From assembly GCA_947305775.1 (NCBI GenBank), contig CAMZEN010000008.1, positions 2,646 through 66,645 on the forward strand: 64,000 nucleotides of DNA. Reading direction: 5' to 3'. Positions 45,275-54,192 of this stretch are shown piece after piece. The translations under genes were made by a program, and so were the position numbers. Under the pieces are notes generated by a model that saw only the letters and a program-made list of their open reading frames with translations, was not told the origin of the DNA and ran no database searches. How positions within the stretch are numbered: the first letter of the stretch is position 1; each line of letters begins with the position of its first letter. This DNA comes from an uncultured Verrucomicrobiota bacterium. Its GTDB lineage: Bacteria; Verrucomicrobiota; Kiritimatiellia; RFP12; UBA1067.

Positions 45275-46532
45275 GTTCACCGCGTTTGTGCGGTCGAAGT
45301 CGCTTGCGATGCTGCTGGCCGCGTCGGTGGCATGGATGTTTGTAGCACCGATCGTGTTTGGCGGCGACGGTACGGAAGAGGGTGCGCGGCAGTTGACGGT
45401 GCACTATTCGCTTGGCGGCGTGGCGGCGCTTCTTTCGGTGGTGCTTCTTTCCAGCGCTACGGGTTCGATTGCCGCAGAGCGTGCGTCCAGACGGCTTCAG
45501 CTCACTTTGGTGCGGCCTGTGCGCTACACATCGATTGTCATAGCCAAGACGGCCGCCCTTACTTTTGCCGGAGCGATTGTTCTTGCTGCTGCGGCCTGCG
45601 TCGAGTTGGTGCGTCAGCCGCTTTCCCGTCCTTGCAGGCATGTGCTTTCGCCTGTGCTGCCGACGCCTCAAGAGGAGGCGCGGGCAATGTACGAAGCGTT
45701 TGTAAATGATCCGTCCACCTCGGACGCGATAAAGAAGACCAAGAAGTCTGTTGTCCTTCGCTTCTTGGCGCAGAGGGCCTTCGACCGCTATGAGACGGTC
45801 GGCACGAACGAAACGGCCGTCTGGAGTTTCGCGCTGCCGCGCGACATGGCCCTCGGCGCCGGCGCAATGTCGGGCATGTGTGCAAGGCTGCGCTTCACAA
45901 ACGACTACGACATGCGCCAGGATGTGCGCGGGTGGCTTGCGTTCGATGACGGCGAAAGCCTTTGGTCGGGATGCGTAAGCAACATAACCAAGGCCGTTGT
46001 CGAGGTTCCGCTGGCGGCTTCGCCTGCAGACGGCGAACGCACCCCCGGTGCGCTTTCGTTTCGCAATGAAGGAAAGTCCGGGTTGATGCTTCGCCCTCGC
46101 AGAGATGTCAATCTTCTGGTGCGGGCGGACGGCTTTGGCTGGAATCTGCTGAGGGCGTATTTCGAGCTTGTCGCGGTGTTCGCGCTTCTTGTGTCGTTCG
46201 GGATGTTCCTTGGCTCCGCGTTGGGGCGTCCTGTGGCGCTCTTTGCGGCGATCGCGGCGCTGGTCGTGAGCGAGATGAGCCCAAGTGTCATAGAGCAGTA
46301 TCCCGATGAGCTGGAGAAGGACGCCATAGACGCCATAGGGCTTCACATAACCCGCGCAGTTGCGGCGATGACCCATCCCGTAAGTTCAATCGAGCCGATG
46401 GCGAAGCTTGCCGAGGACACATGCGTGGAGCGCCGTGAAGTCGTTAGGGTTCTTGTCGCGGATATGCTGCTCGCACCGCTTGTTTTTGCCTTTCTCTCCT
46501 CCCTCGTCATGCCTCGCAAGACATATGACTGA
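45243..46532 (+). CDS. ABC-2-type permease-like membrane protein with a large extracytoplasmic insert
   Basis: N-terminal TMs (FWRIFSLEF...), a ~170-aa hydrophilic insert, and C-terminal TMs. The start at MNSFW overlaps the ATPase 3' end by 32 nt and is uncertain. Confidence 0.5.
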   Translation: MNSFWRIFSLEFTAFVRSKSLAMLLAASVAWMFVAPIVFGGDGTEEGARQLTVHYSLGGVAALLSVVLLSSATGSIAAERASRRLQLTLVRPVRYTSIVIAKTAALTFAGAIVLAAAACVELVRQPLSRPCRHVLSPVLPTPQEEARAMYEAFVNDPSTSDAIKKTKKSVVLRFLAQRAFDRYETVGTNETAVWSFALPRDMALGAGAMSGMCARLRFTNDYDMRQDVRGWLAFDDGESLWSGCVSNITKAVVEVPLAASPADGERTPGALSFRNEGKSGLMLRPRRDVNLLVRADGFGWNLLRAYFELVAVFALLVSFGMFLGSALGRPVALFAAIAALVVSEMSPSVIEQYPDELEKDAIDAIGLHITRAVAAMTHPVSSIEPMAKLAEDTCVERREVVRVLVADMLLAPLVFAFLSSLVMPRKTYD

Positions 46533-46548
46533 CGATGCGACGGAAATA

Positions 46549-46557
46549 TGGTAAAAT
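46549..46557 (+). promoter_or_regulatory. extended -10 promoter element TGGTAAAAT (alaS)
   Basis: Context gaaatatggtaaaat, 27 nt upstream of the ATG at 46584. Confidence 0.5.
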
Positions 46558-46583
46558 ATACATTTCAAAAGGAATAGCTAGAA

Positions 46584-48404
46584 ATGAAGAACCTGACTGC
46601 GGACGAACTCCGCGACATGTACCTTAAGTTTTTCGAGTCGAAGGGGCACAAGATCATCCCCGGCGCGTCGGTCATACCCGAAAACGATCCGACCGTCCTT
46701 TTCACCACGGCTGGAATGCACCCGCTTGTGCCGTATCTCATGGGCGCGATGGAGCATCCGGCAGGGACGCGCCTTACGGACGTCCAGAAGTGCGTCAGGA
46801 CCGGCGATATCGACGAGGTGGGCGACTCCGCGCACCTGACGTTCTTTGAGATGCTCGGCAACTGGTCGCTTAACGACTACTTCAAGAAGGAGGCGATCAG
46901 CTGGAGCTTTGAGTTTCTTACGCAGCACCTCGGCTTTTCGCCTGATCAGCTTTCGGTTACCGTCTTCAAAGGCGAGGGCGTCGAGGGCGAGCCCGGCTAC
47001 ATTCCCGCCGACGAGGAGGCCGCCGCGATATGGCGCAGCCTCGGCATTCCGGACGAGCGCATCTACCGCCTGCCGCGCGAGGACAACTGGTGGGGTCCGG
47101 CGGGCACGACGGGTCCATGCGGTCCCGACACCGAGATGTTCATCGACACCGGCAAGCCGAAGTGCGGGCCGGACTGCCGTCCCGGCTGCCACTGCGGCAA
47201 GTTCATCGAGATCTGGAACGACGTGTTCATGCAGTACAACAAGAACGCCGAGGGCAAGTTTGAGCCGCTTGGCCGCCACAATGTCGATACCGGCATGGGC
47301 GTCGAACGCACGATATGCATGATGAGCGGCGCACCGACGGTGTACGATACCGAGATCTTCGCGCCGATCATGGCGAAGATCGACGAACTTTCGACAGTGA
47401 CGCCCGAGGATGCCGAGCTGGCGCTCCGCGCCCGCCGCATCATCGCCGACCACATGCGCACTGCCACTTTCATACTGTGCGATCCGAAGGGTGGGGTCAA
47501 GCCCGGCAATATCGGGGCGAACTATGTCTTGAGGCGCCTGATCCGCCGCGCGGTCCGCTACAGCCGCTTCCTCGGAATCGCCCCCGGCTTCACGGTGAAG
47601 CTGGCCGAGGTGATCTGCGAGAAGTACAAGCACGTATATCCGGAGCTCGCCGTAAACCTCGAGACTTGCAAGATCGACCTTGAAGCCGAGGAGAACCGCT
47701 TCAACCAGACGCTGGACAAGGGCGAGGCGATGTTCAACAAGGTCGCCGAGCAGCTCAAGGCCCACGGCCAGACGCAGATCAGCGGCAAGACGGCGTTCAA
47801 GCTCTACGACACGTTCGGCTTCCCGTTCGAAATGACGCTGGAGATGGCGGACAAGGCGGGTCTTACGGTCGATAAGGAGGGTTTCGAGGAGGCGAACCGC
47901 AAGCATCAGGAGCTTTCGCGCACCACGAGCGCGGGCAGCTTCAAGGCTGGTCTTCAGGATAATAGCGAGGTCGTGACGCGCATGCACACGGCGACGCACC
48001 TCTTGCACGCGGCGCTCCACAAGGTGCTGGGTCCGACGGCGAACCAGAAGGGGTCGAACATCACGGCGGAGCGTCTTCGCTTCGACTTCACGTGGCCCGA
48101 ACCGATGACCGCCGAGCAGAAGGCCGAGGTAGAGAAGCTCGTCAACGAGTGGATCGCCCAGGGAATCGAGGTCACCAAGAAGATGACGACCGTCGAGGAG
48201 GCCAAGAAGGAGGGCGCGATGGCGCTCTTCGGCGCGAAGTACGGCGATCAGGTTTCGCTCTACACGATCGGCGACGTCTCGAAGGAGATTTGCTGCGGCC
48301 CGCACGTCACTAACACCAAGGAGCTCGGCAGCTTCAAGATTCAGAAGGAGCAGTCGTCCTCTGCGGGCGTCCGCCGCATAAAGGCCGTGATCGGCAACAT
48401 GTAA
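46584..48404 (+). CDS. alaS: alanine--tRNA ligase, short form (606 aa) lacking the C-Ala domain
   Basis: FFESKGH...NDPTVLFTTAGM...FFEMLGNWS core. Editing-domain metal ligands HTATHLLH and CCGPHV. The ORF ends ~25 aa after the editing domain, and purC starts 12 nt later. Confidence 0.9.
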   Translation: MKNLTADELRDMYLKFFESKGHKIIPGASVIPENDPTVLFTTAGMHPLVPYLMGAMEHPAGTRLTDVQKCVRTGDIDEVGDSAHLTFFEMLGNWSLNDYFKKEAISWSFEFLTQHLGFSPDQLSVTVFKGEGVEGEPGYIPADEEAAAIWRSLGIPDERIYRLPREDNWWGPAGTTGPCGPDTEMFIDTGKPKCGPDCRPGCHCGKFIEIWNDVFMQYNKNAEGKFEPLGRHNVDTGMGVERTICMMSGAPTVYDTEIFAPIMAKIDELSTVTPEDAELALRARRIIADHMRTATFILCDPKGGVKPGNIGANYVLRRLIRRAVRYSRFLGIAPGFTVKLAEVICEKYKHVYPELAVNLETCKIDLEAEENRFNQTLDKGEAMFNKVAEQLKAHGQTQISGKTAFKLYDTFGFPFEMTLEMADKAGLTVDKEGFEEANRKHQELSRTTSAGSFKAGLQDNSEVVTRMHTATHLLHAALHKVLGPTANQKGSNITAERLRFDFTWPEPMTAEQKAEVEKLVNEWIAQGIEVTKKMTTVEEAKKEGAMALFGAKYGDQVSLYTIGDVSKEICCGPHVTNTKELGSFKIQKEQSSSAGVRRIKAVIGNM

Positions 48405-48415
48405 GGAGAGAGAAC

Positions 48416-49315
48416 ATGAAATACGACAAGAACCATGCTTTGCTTGAGTGCGCGATTCCTGGCCTTCCGCAGAAGAGCGGAAAGGTGCGTGACGTCTTCG
48501 ATCTCGGCGACAGCCTTTTGATGGTCGTCACCGACCGCATCAGCGCCTTTGATGTGATACTGCCTTGCGGCGTTCCGGACAAGGGCAAGGTGCTGAACCA
48601 GCTCTCGCTCTTCTGGATGGAGTTCCTCGGAATGAAGAACCACCTCATCACGGCGGACGTCAATGAGTATCCTGAAGTGCTGAAGCCCTACGCGGCGGAT
48701 CTCGCGGGACGCTCCATGCTCGTCAAGAAGGTCAAGATGGTCGAGGTCGAGTGCATCGCCCGCGGCTACCTCACGGGCAGCGGATGGAAGGAATACCAGA
48801 AGTCGCAGACCGTGAACGGCGAGAAGCTGCGCGAGGGCTACCAGAACGCATCGAAGCTCGACGAAGTTCTCTTTACGCCAACGACCAAGGCGGCGATCGG
48901 CGACCACGACGAGGCCATCAACTACGAAGAGACCGCGAAGCTCGTCGGCGAGGCTACCGCCGCGAAGCTCAAGGAGGCGACGATCTCGCTCTACCAGCGT
49001 GCGGCGGACTACGCCATCCAGCACGGCATAATCATCGCCGATACGAAGTTCGAGTTCGGCATGGATGACGATGGCTCGCTCATCCTTGCGGACGAGGTGC
49101 TTACGCCCGACTCCTCGCGCTTCTGGCCCGAGGCCAGCTACGCGGTCGGCAAGAATCCGCCTTCGCTCGACAAGCAGTATGTGCGCGACTGGCTTGATTC
49201 CATCAACTTCAACCACCAGCCGCCGGGGCCGGTTCTGCCCGACGACGTGATTGCCCGCACGCGCGAGATATACGTAAAGGCTTACGAGGAACTCAGCGGC
49301 AGGAAGCTCGCATGA
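48416..49315 (+). CDS. purC: phosphoribosylaminoimidazole-succinocarboxamide synthase
   Basis: SGKVRDVFDLGDSLLMVVTDRISAFD...VECIARGYLTGSGW...IIADTKFEFG...LADEVLTPDSSRFW. Confidence 0.95.
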   Translation: MKYDKNHALLECAIPGLPQKSGKVRDVFDLGDSLLMVVTDRISAFDVILPCGVPDKGKVLNQLSLFWMEFLGMKNHLITADVNEYPEVLKPYAADLAGRSMLVKKVKMVEVECIARGYLTGSGWKEYQKSQTVNGEKLREGYQNASKLDEVLFTPTTKAAIGDHDEAINYEETAKLVGEATAAKLKEATISLYQRAADYAIQHGIIIADTKFEFGMDDDGSLILADEVLTPDSSRFWPEASYAVGKNPPSLDKQYVRDWLDSINFNHQPPGPVLPDDVIARTREIYVKAYEELSGRKLA

Positions 49316-49365
49316 CGAAGTAGCTTTGACAAACCCAATCATTTAAGAATAAAAGGAGGAAACCA

Positions 49366-49683
49366 ATGGGAATTCTAGATCAGGTGAAGGACGCAATGAA
49401 GATGCGTGCCGAGTCCAAGAAAATCGAGGCGATGCTTAAGAAGATATCGGTCGATTATTCCAACGGTGGCATTACGGTCACGGCAAAGGGCGACATGACG
49501 ATTGAAAAGATCGAAATGGTACCTGAGGCTTATGACGAGGTCAAGGCCGGCAAGCCTGCGAGGTTCGAGACCATGCTTCTCAACGTGGTCAACGGAGCTC
49601 TCAAGAAGGTGCGCGAGACTACCCAGCAGGAGATGATGAAGCTCATGCAGCAGGGTGGCGTCGGAGGACTCTTCGGCAAGTGA
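49366..49683 (+). CDS. ybaB: YbaB/EbfC family nucleoid-associated protein
   Basis: 105 aa immediately upstream of recR (conserved ybaB-recR pair). GGITVTAKGDMTIEKIEM pattern. AAGGAGG SD. Confidence 0.85.
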   Translation: MGILDQVKDAMKMRAESKKIEAMLKKISVDYSNGGITVTAKGDMTIEKIEMVPEAYDEVKAGKPARFETMLLNVVNGALKKVRETTQQEMMKLMQQGGVGGLFGK

Positions 49684-50282
49684 ACGCCTTGCGGCCAATA
49701 GACGATCTTGAGGCGGCGCTTTCCAAGCTGCCAGGTCTTGGACGACGTTCCGCCGCGCGCGCGGCCCTTGCGCTTGTCAAAGAGCCTCAACGTCTTATGG
49801 AGCCGCTCGTTTCAGCCTTAAAGGAGGCGCGCGCTCAGATAAGGTGCTGCTCGCGATGCGGAGCGTTCACCACTCTTGACCGCGACCCGTGCGACTTCTG
49901 CACCGATGCCACGCGTGATGGGTCAGCCGTTTGTGTCGTCGAGGAGCCTGCCGACATCGTCTCTATAGAGTCCGCCGGCGCTTTTCGAGGGCGTTACCAT
50001 TCGCTTGGCGGCAAGCTTTCTCCTTCACGTCATCTCGGTCCTGAGAAGCTGCGCCTTCGGGAGCTTGCAGATCGCGTTCGTAACGAAGGGATGACAGAAG
50101 TCCTGCTTGCCCTTTCGACGGACATGGAAGGCGATGCGACGGCCGGCTACATTGCTGAGCTGCTGCGCGGCAGCGGGGCGAGGGTTACGCGGCTTGCGTT
50201 TGGCCTGCCGGTTGATTCCGGGATAGCATATTCGGACCCCCTTACCCTGCGCAGGGCGATAGTCAACCGCATACAACAGTGA
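49680..50282 (+). CDS. recR: recombination protein RecR
   Basis: LSKLPGLGRRSAARAAL (HhH). C4 zinc finger CSRCGAFT...CDFC. Toprim VCVVEEPADI. GTGA overlap with ybaB. Confidence 0.9.
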   Translation: MNALRPIDDLEAALSKLPGLGRRSAARAALALVKEPQRLMEPLVSALKEARAQIRCCSRCGAFTTLDRDPCDFCTDATRDGSAVCVVEEPADIVSIESAGAFRGRYHSLGGKLSPSRHLGPEKLRLRELADRVRNEGMTEVLLALSTDMEGDATAGYIAELLRGSGARVTRLAFGLPVDSGIAYSDPLTLRRAIVNRIQQ

Positions 50283-50283
50283 C

Positions 50284-50994
50284 ATGAGGCGGCTTTTCTC
50301 GATAGCGGTTTTGCTTGTCCTCGCCATAGCCGGACAGTTTGCGCTTACGGCCATGCGTCCGGTGAAGTCGCCAGCGATGGAGGAGGGCTTGTTCGCGGCG
50401 ATCGGCGGTCTCAGAAGCATCATATCGGAGGTTGTCTGGTTCAGGGCCGACAGGCTTCAGGAGGAAGGTCGCTATGTGGAGCTTGCGCAATTGGCTCACG
50501 CGCTTGCATTGGCCGAACCTCACACGCCTGAAATATGGAGTTACGCGGCGTGGAACCTGGCATATAACGTATCCGTAATGATGCCGACATATGAAGATCG
50601 GTGGCGCTGGGTGCAGTCCGCCTTGACTCTTCTGCGGGACGACGGCTTAAGGTTGAATCCATCCTCTGCGGAGCTGCACCGCGAGCTTGCATGGCTTTTT
50701 GAACTCAAGATAGGGGCAGACCTCGATGCTGCGGCCCCGCTTTACCGTGTAAAATGGCGTGAAGTAGTGTCTGATGTCGAGTCGCGGGGCGCATGGGAAG
50801 AGCTAGCGATGGACCCCATGATCATGAACGAGATTGAATCGCGCTTTGGCGTCTCTGATCGCGGCGCCGCCCAATACTCTGCGATATACTGGGCATATAA
50901 GGGCCTAAAGGTTGCGAAGGGTGTCGATGAGCGTATCCTGTCCGAGATAATCCGTCAGTCCCAGATCATCTACGCAAAGACGAAGGGCTCGTAA
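50284..50994 (+). CDS. hypothetical membrane-anchored helical-repeat protein (236 aa)
   Basis: N-terminal TM LFSIAVLLVLAIAGQFAL, then an alpha-helical Trp/Tyr-rich region. No recognisable motif. Confidence 0.4.
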   Translation: MRRLFSIAVLLVLAIAGQFALTAMRPVKSPAMEEGLFAAIGGLRSIISEVVWFRADRLQEEGRYVELAQLAHALALAEPHTPEIWSYAAWNLAYNVSVMMPTYEDRWRWVQSALTLLRDDGLRLNPSSAELHRELAWLFELKIGADLDAAAPLYRVKWREVVSDVESRGAWEELAMDPMIMNEIESRFGVSDRGAAQYSAIYWAYKGLKVAKGVDERILSEIIRQSQIIYAKTKGS

Positions 50995-51993
50995 ATGGCT
51001 GAAGTGCGCTTCGAAAACGTCCGTAAGGTCTACTCGCGAGGTGATGCCCCTGCGGTCGAGGATTTCACTCTTGAGGTCAAGGATGGTGAATTCCTTGTGC
51101 TTGTGGGGCCTTCCGGGTGCGGCAAATCGACTTCGCTTCGCATGGTTGCAGGGCTGGAGACGCCGACTTCGGGACGGATATTCATTGGCGGCAGGGATGT
51201 CACGAACCTTCCGCCGAAGGACCGTGACATCGCCATGGTGTTTCAGAACTACGCCCTCTACCCGCACATGACGGTCGAAGAGAACCTGTCGTTTGCGCTG
51301 AAGCTGAGGAGATTCCCGAAGAGCGAAATCAAGAGGCGGGTTGAGTCCGCGGCAGAAACGCTTGAGCTCAAGCCGTATATGGGCAGGCTCCCGAAGGCGC
51401 TTTCCGGCGGACAGCGCCAGCGAGTCGCGCTTGGTCGTGCGATTGTGCGTGAACCTGCGGTGTTCTTGTTTGACGAGCCGCTCTCGAACCTGGATGCGAA
51501 GATGCGCGTCGAGATGAGGGCTGAGATCATAAGGCTGCATAACGCTCTCGGGGCTACGATGATCTATGTCACGCATGACCAGACAGAGGCCATGACGATG
51601 GGCAACAGGATCGTCGTAATGTCGTCCGGCAGGATTCAGCAGGTCGCTCCACCGCTCGAAGTATACGAAAGGCCGGCGAATCCGTTTGTTGCAGGCTTCA
51701 TAGGGACGCCGCCGATGAACCTGTTTCCCGCAGGCACCATAGACCCGCAACATATTGTGGGCGTAAGGCCTGAGCACATTCAGCTTGGTGCAGCGACTGT
51801 GGCGCAAGGCGAGAAGGGGACGCTCACGGGCACGGTCGATTTCGTGGAGCCGCTAGGCTCGGAGACGCTTGTTCATGTGCTTCTTGCCGGCTCTCGCCAT
51901 CTGGCGGTGGTGCGTGTGCCGGGTTTCGCCACTGTCCGTGCGGGCGATGCCGTAAGCCTTGTTCCGGACCTCTCGCGCTCGGTGTTGTTCTGA
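50995..51993 (+). CDS. sugar ABC transporter ATP-binding protein (MalK/UgpC/MsiK-like)
   Basis: Walker A GPSGCGKST, Q-loop, signature LSGGQRQRVALGRA, Walker B FLFDEPLSNLD, C-terminal TOBE-like region. Confidence 0.9.
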   Translation: MAEVRFENVRKVYSRGDAPAVEDFTLEVKDGEFLVLVGPSGCGKSTSLRMVAGLETPTSGRIFIGGRDVTNLPPKDRDIAMVFQNYALYPHMTVEENLSFALKLRRFPKSEIKRRVESAAETLELKPYMGRLPKALSGGQRQRVALGRAIVREPAVFLFDEPLSNLDAKMRVEMRAEIIRLHNALGATMIYVTHDQTEAMTMGNRIVVMSSGRIQQVAPPLEVYERPANPFVAGFIGTPPMNLFPAGTIDPQHIVGVRPEHIQLGAATVAQGEKGTLTGTVDFVEPLGSETLVHVLLAGSRHLAVVRVPGFATVRAGDAVSLVPDLSRSVLF

Positions 51994-52058
51994 CTTTCGC
52001 GGAACGGAACGAACAATCGACGATACAGCGTCAGCTGTAAAAATTTTAAGATACCCCA

Positions 52059-52087
52059 TTGACACCGTCAGAGGAATATGAGATAAT
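52059..52087 (+). promoter_or_regulatory. tRNA operon promoter: TTGACA - 17 nt - GATAAT with TG extension
   Basis: TTGACA at 52059-64. TGAGATAAT at 52079-87. tRNA-Leu starts 13 nt downstream. Confidence 0.65.
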
Positions 52088-52099
52088 ATGCGCCCGTAA

Positions 52100-52184
52100 G
52101 CACCCGTGGTGAAATTGGCATACACGCCAGATTCAGGTTCTGGTGCCGCAAGGTGTGTGGGTTCAAATCCCACCGGGTGCACCA
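52100..52184 (+). tRNA. tRNA-Leu (anticodon CAG), class II long variable arm, CCA encoded
   Basis: Acceptor GCACCCG/CGGGTGC. Anticodon stem CCAGA/TCTGG with loop TTCAGGT. T-arm GGGTTCAAATCCC. Ends ACCA. Confidence 0.9.
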
Positions 52185-52190
52185 AAAGCT

Positions 52191-52265
52191 GGCCCCTTCG
52201 TCTATCGGCTAGGACATCTGGTTCTCATCCAGGTAAGAGGAGTTCGACTCTCCTAGGGGCTGCCA
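52191..52265 (+). tRNA. tRNA-Glu (anticodon CUC), CCA encoded
   Basis: Collinear with E. coli tRNA-Glu (GGCCCCTTCGTCTA...GGAC). Anticodon loop TTCTCAT. T-arm AGGAGTTCGACTCTCCT. Acceptor closes with a G1.U72 wobble. Confidence 0.85.
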
Positions 52266-52320
52266 AACGAGGCAGCATGTGCGTGTACTGAAGATATTTA
52301 TGAAATGGGCAGGAAAGGCG

Positions 52321-54180
52321 ATGAAGTGGGTCTTCATCGTCTTTTTCGTTTACTGCATATCGCTCTTCTTTAGGGCTGAGCGCATATCGGGAGCGGTGGT
52401 CGAGCGGTTTGTAGCGGGTTTCTTGCCGAGCAACATTGTCTTTCACTGCAAATCTGCCTCTTTCGGGTTTCGACACGGCCTTTACTTTCGGGCGTTGAAG
52501 ATTTACGACACGTTGCGGCACGACCCGGTATCGCCTGTCTTTGCCGCAGATTCCGTTTCCATCGCTTTCTTTGAGCGCTACGTCAAGGTCGTCAAGGCTC
52601 GGATGCCGCGCCTGCACGACAGCTACTACGAACCGGGCCCTTATGCGGAGCCGCTCGGGGACCGCGAAATCGACTTCAAGCTTCCGTCGCTGCCTGAGTT
52701 CACTTTGGATCTCGATCGTCCGTCCATACTTGGCGTCGAACCCGAGCGCGTCACTGCGCAGGTTTTCTCGCGTGCCGACAGGCTGAAGCTCATGGGCATT
52801 CATATCGACTGGTCGGGCAGAGACCGCGATTTGGCTCTGAATGGCATGTGCCGCGTCGACCTGGCCAAACGCCGCGTTTTCGGCAAGGTGCATGGTTTGG
52901 CCACGCAGTCGCAGATACGCCCGCTGCTGGTCGCGCTCGACCTTCCTACGGTTCTGCAGTATATGGATGCGTTCACAGGCGTTACGGTGCCGGTTCAGGC
53001 AAGCTGCGCATGGAATGTTAATCTTGTCGACAACGACTTGCGCCTTGATCTAGACCTGCACCCGACCCTCGGCGCCTACAATGGAGTGCCGATGTCGCAG
53101 GCGGACGGCAAGATATCGGTCCACACGTCCTTCCCGCTGCGAAACGGAGTCAGGTGCATGGACTACACTGTGACCATAGGGCCCCTTGTGGCGTACGACA
53201 ACAAAGATCGTTCGCTCTCTGGTCAAGTGGTCATAAACGGTACTGGCGGGTCAGGTGGCGAGGATGACGTAGTATATCTTGACTTCGATGCCACCAGCGA
53301 GCTTTTGAAGGATGATCTGCTAGGTATTGTGGATTGCCTGAACGACGGCGCGCTGGACTGCCTGAAGTGCGAAACTCCACCTGTCCTTAGGTTGCGCGGG
53401 ACGCTTGCCACAGATGCGGCCCATCAGCACAACAACAACATTCTTGGCGCAGTGACACTCAAAAAGGGCTCCTTTTTGGGCGTGAATTTGGCGGATGCGA
53501 CGACCGGTTTTGCGTATGTCGGCGACAAGGTGACGTTCTTCGACGCATCGGCGCAAGGACGCGACGGCGGCGTGATCGCCGGAATGGCACAACTGTCGTT
53601 TCCTGATATGGACCCTGAACGCGCGACATTTTCGGTCGATGTGGTCTATGGGGGCGGCAATATAGGAGAGCTTGCGGACATCCTGCAGATGGATGTTGGC
53701 GACCGCAACGGCGATGTAGAGTGCGAAATGCGGCTATCTGGGCCTTTGTCGACCAACTTTACCGAGAGACTTTCTGGCAATGGGCACATAAAGGTTACAA
53801 ACGGACACCTCGCGCAGTTGAAACTGTTCATGGGGTTGACCGAGCTGTTGGCAAAAGAGGTGCCTGGCGTTGAGAAGGTTGTCAATCAGTCGGAGGCGTC
53901 CGCCACGTTCCTGATCGAGGACGGAGTTGTGCGTTCCCGCGACATTCTCATAGAAGGATCGCTGTTTTCCATATCGGCGAGAGGCGAGTACGACATACCT
54001 CGCGACATGCTTGACTTCACTGTTCGTGTCGAGATTATGCGCAAGGACTCCGTTTTGGGCAAGTATCTCATAAGGCCGATACTGTGGCCGTTTACGAAAC
54101 TCCTGCTGGAGTTCAAGGTGATCGGTCCGCTTGACGACCCCAAGTGGACGTACATAAGCGTTCTGGACAGGATAATTTAA
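52321..54180 (+). CDS. AsmA-like envelope protein
   Basis: N-terminal anchor MKWVFIVFFVYCISLFF. C-terminal AsmA_2-like region (GHIKVTNGHLAQLKLF...FLIEDGVVRSRDILIEGSLFSISARGEYD...GPLDDPKW). ORF open from 52279; start uncertain (52279, 52300 or 52321). Confidence 0.6.
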   Translation: MKWVFIVFFVYCISLFFRAERISGAVVERFVAGFLPSNIVFHCKSASFGFRHGLYFRALKIYDTLRHDPVSPVFAADSVSIAFFERYVKVVKARMPRLHDSYYEPGPYAEPLGDREIDFKLPSLPEFTLDLDRPSILGVEPERVTAQVFSRADRLKLMGIHIDWSGRDRDLALNGMCRVDLAKRRVFGKVHGLATQSQIRPLLVALDLPTVLQYMDAFTGVTVPVQASCAWNVNLVDNDLRLDLDLHPTLGAYNGVPMSQADGKISVHTSFPLRNGVRCMDYTVTIGPLVAYDNKDRSLSGQVVINGTGGSGGEDDVVYLDFDATSELLKDDLLGIVDCLNDGALDCLKCETPPVLRLRGTLATDAAHQHNNNILGAVTLKKGSFLGVNLADATTGFAYVGDKVTFFDASAQGRDGGVIAGMAQLSFPDMDPERATFSVDVVYGGGNIGELADILQMDVGDRNGDVECEMRLSGPLSTNFTERLSGNGHIKVTNGHLAQLKLFMGLTELLAKEVPGVEKVVNQSEASATFLIEDGVVRSRDILIEGSLFSISARGEYDIPRDMLDFTVRVEIMRKDSVLGKYLIRPILWPFTKLLLEFKVIGPLDDPKWTYISVLDRII

Positions 54181-54192
54181 GGTTTACGCGAA

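Noticed and set aside
46578-48305. 575-aa minus-strand ORF antisense to alaS. Similar long antisense ORFs lie at 48341-49342, 45096-46376, 10538-11566, 16708-17577, 50905-51807 and 63083-63754.
   Set aside because: Each lies opposite a + strand gene with strong family motifs and shows the same R/H/L/D-rich shadow composition. None has an SD or recognisable domain.
49326-49350. TTGACA (49326-31) with TAAGAAT as a promoter for ybaB-recR.
   Set aside because: The -35/-10 spacing is about 13-14 nt and the -10 is poor. It does not match the extended -10 motif seen elsewhere. Possibly real, but not supportable from sequence alone.
52059-52320. tRNA-Leu/tRNA-Glu locus as an integration site for a genomic island or prophage.
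   Set aside because: No integrase gene, no direct repeat of a tRNA 3' end and no compositional break downstream. The next genes (AsmA-like, rsmA) look native and co-oriented.
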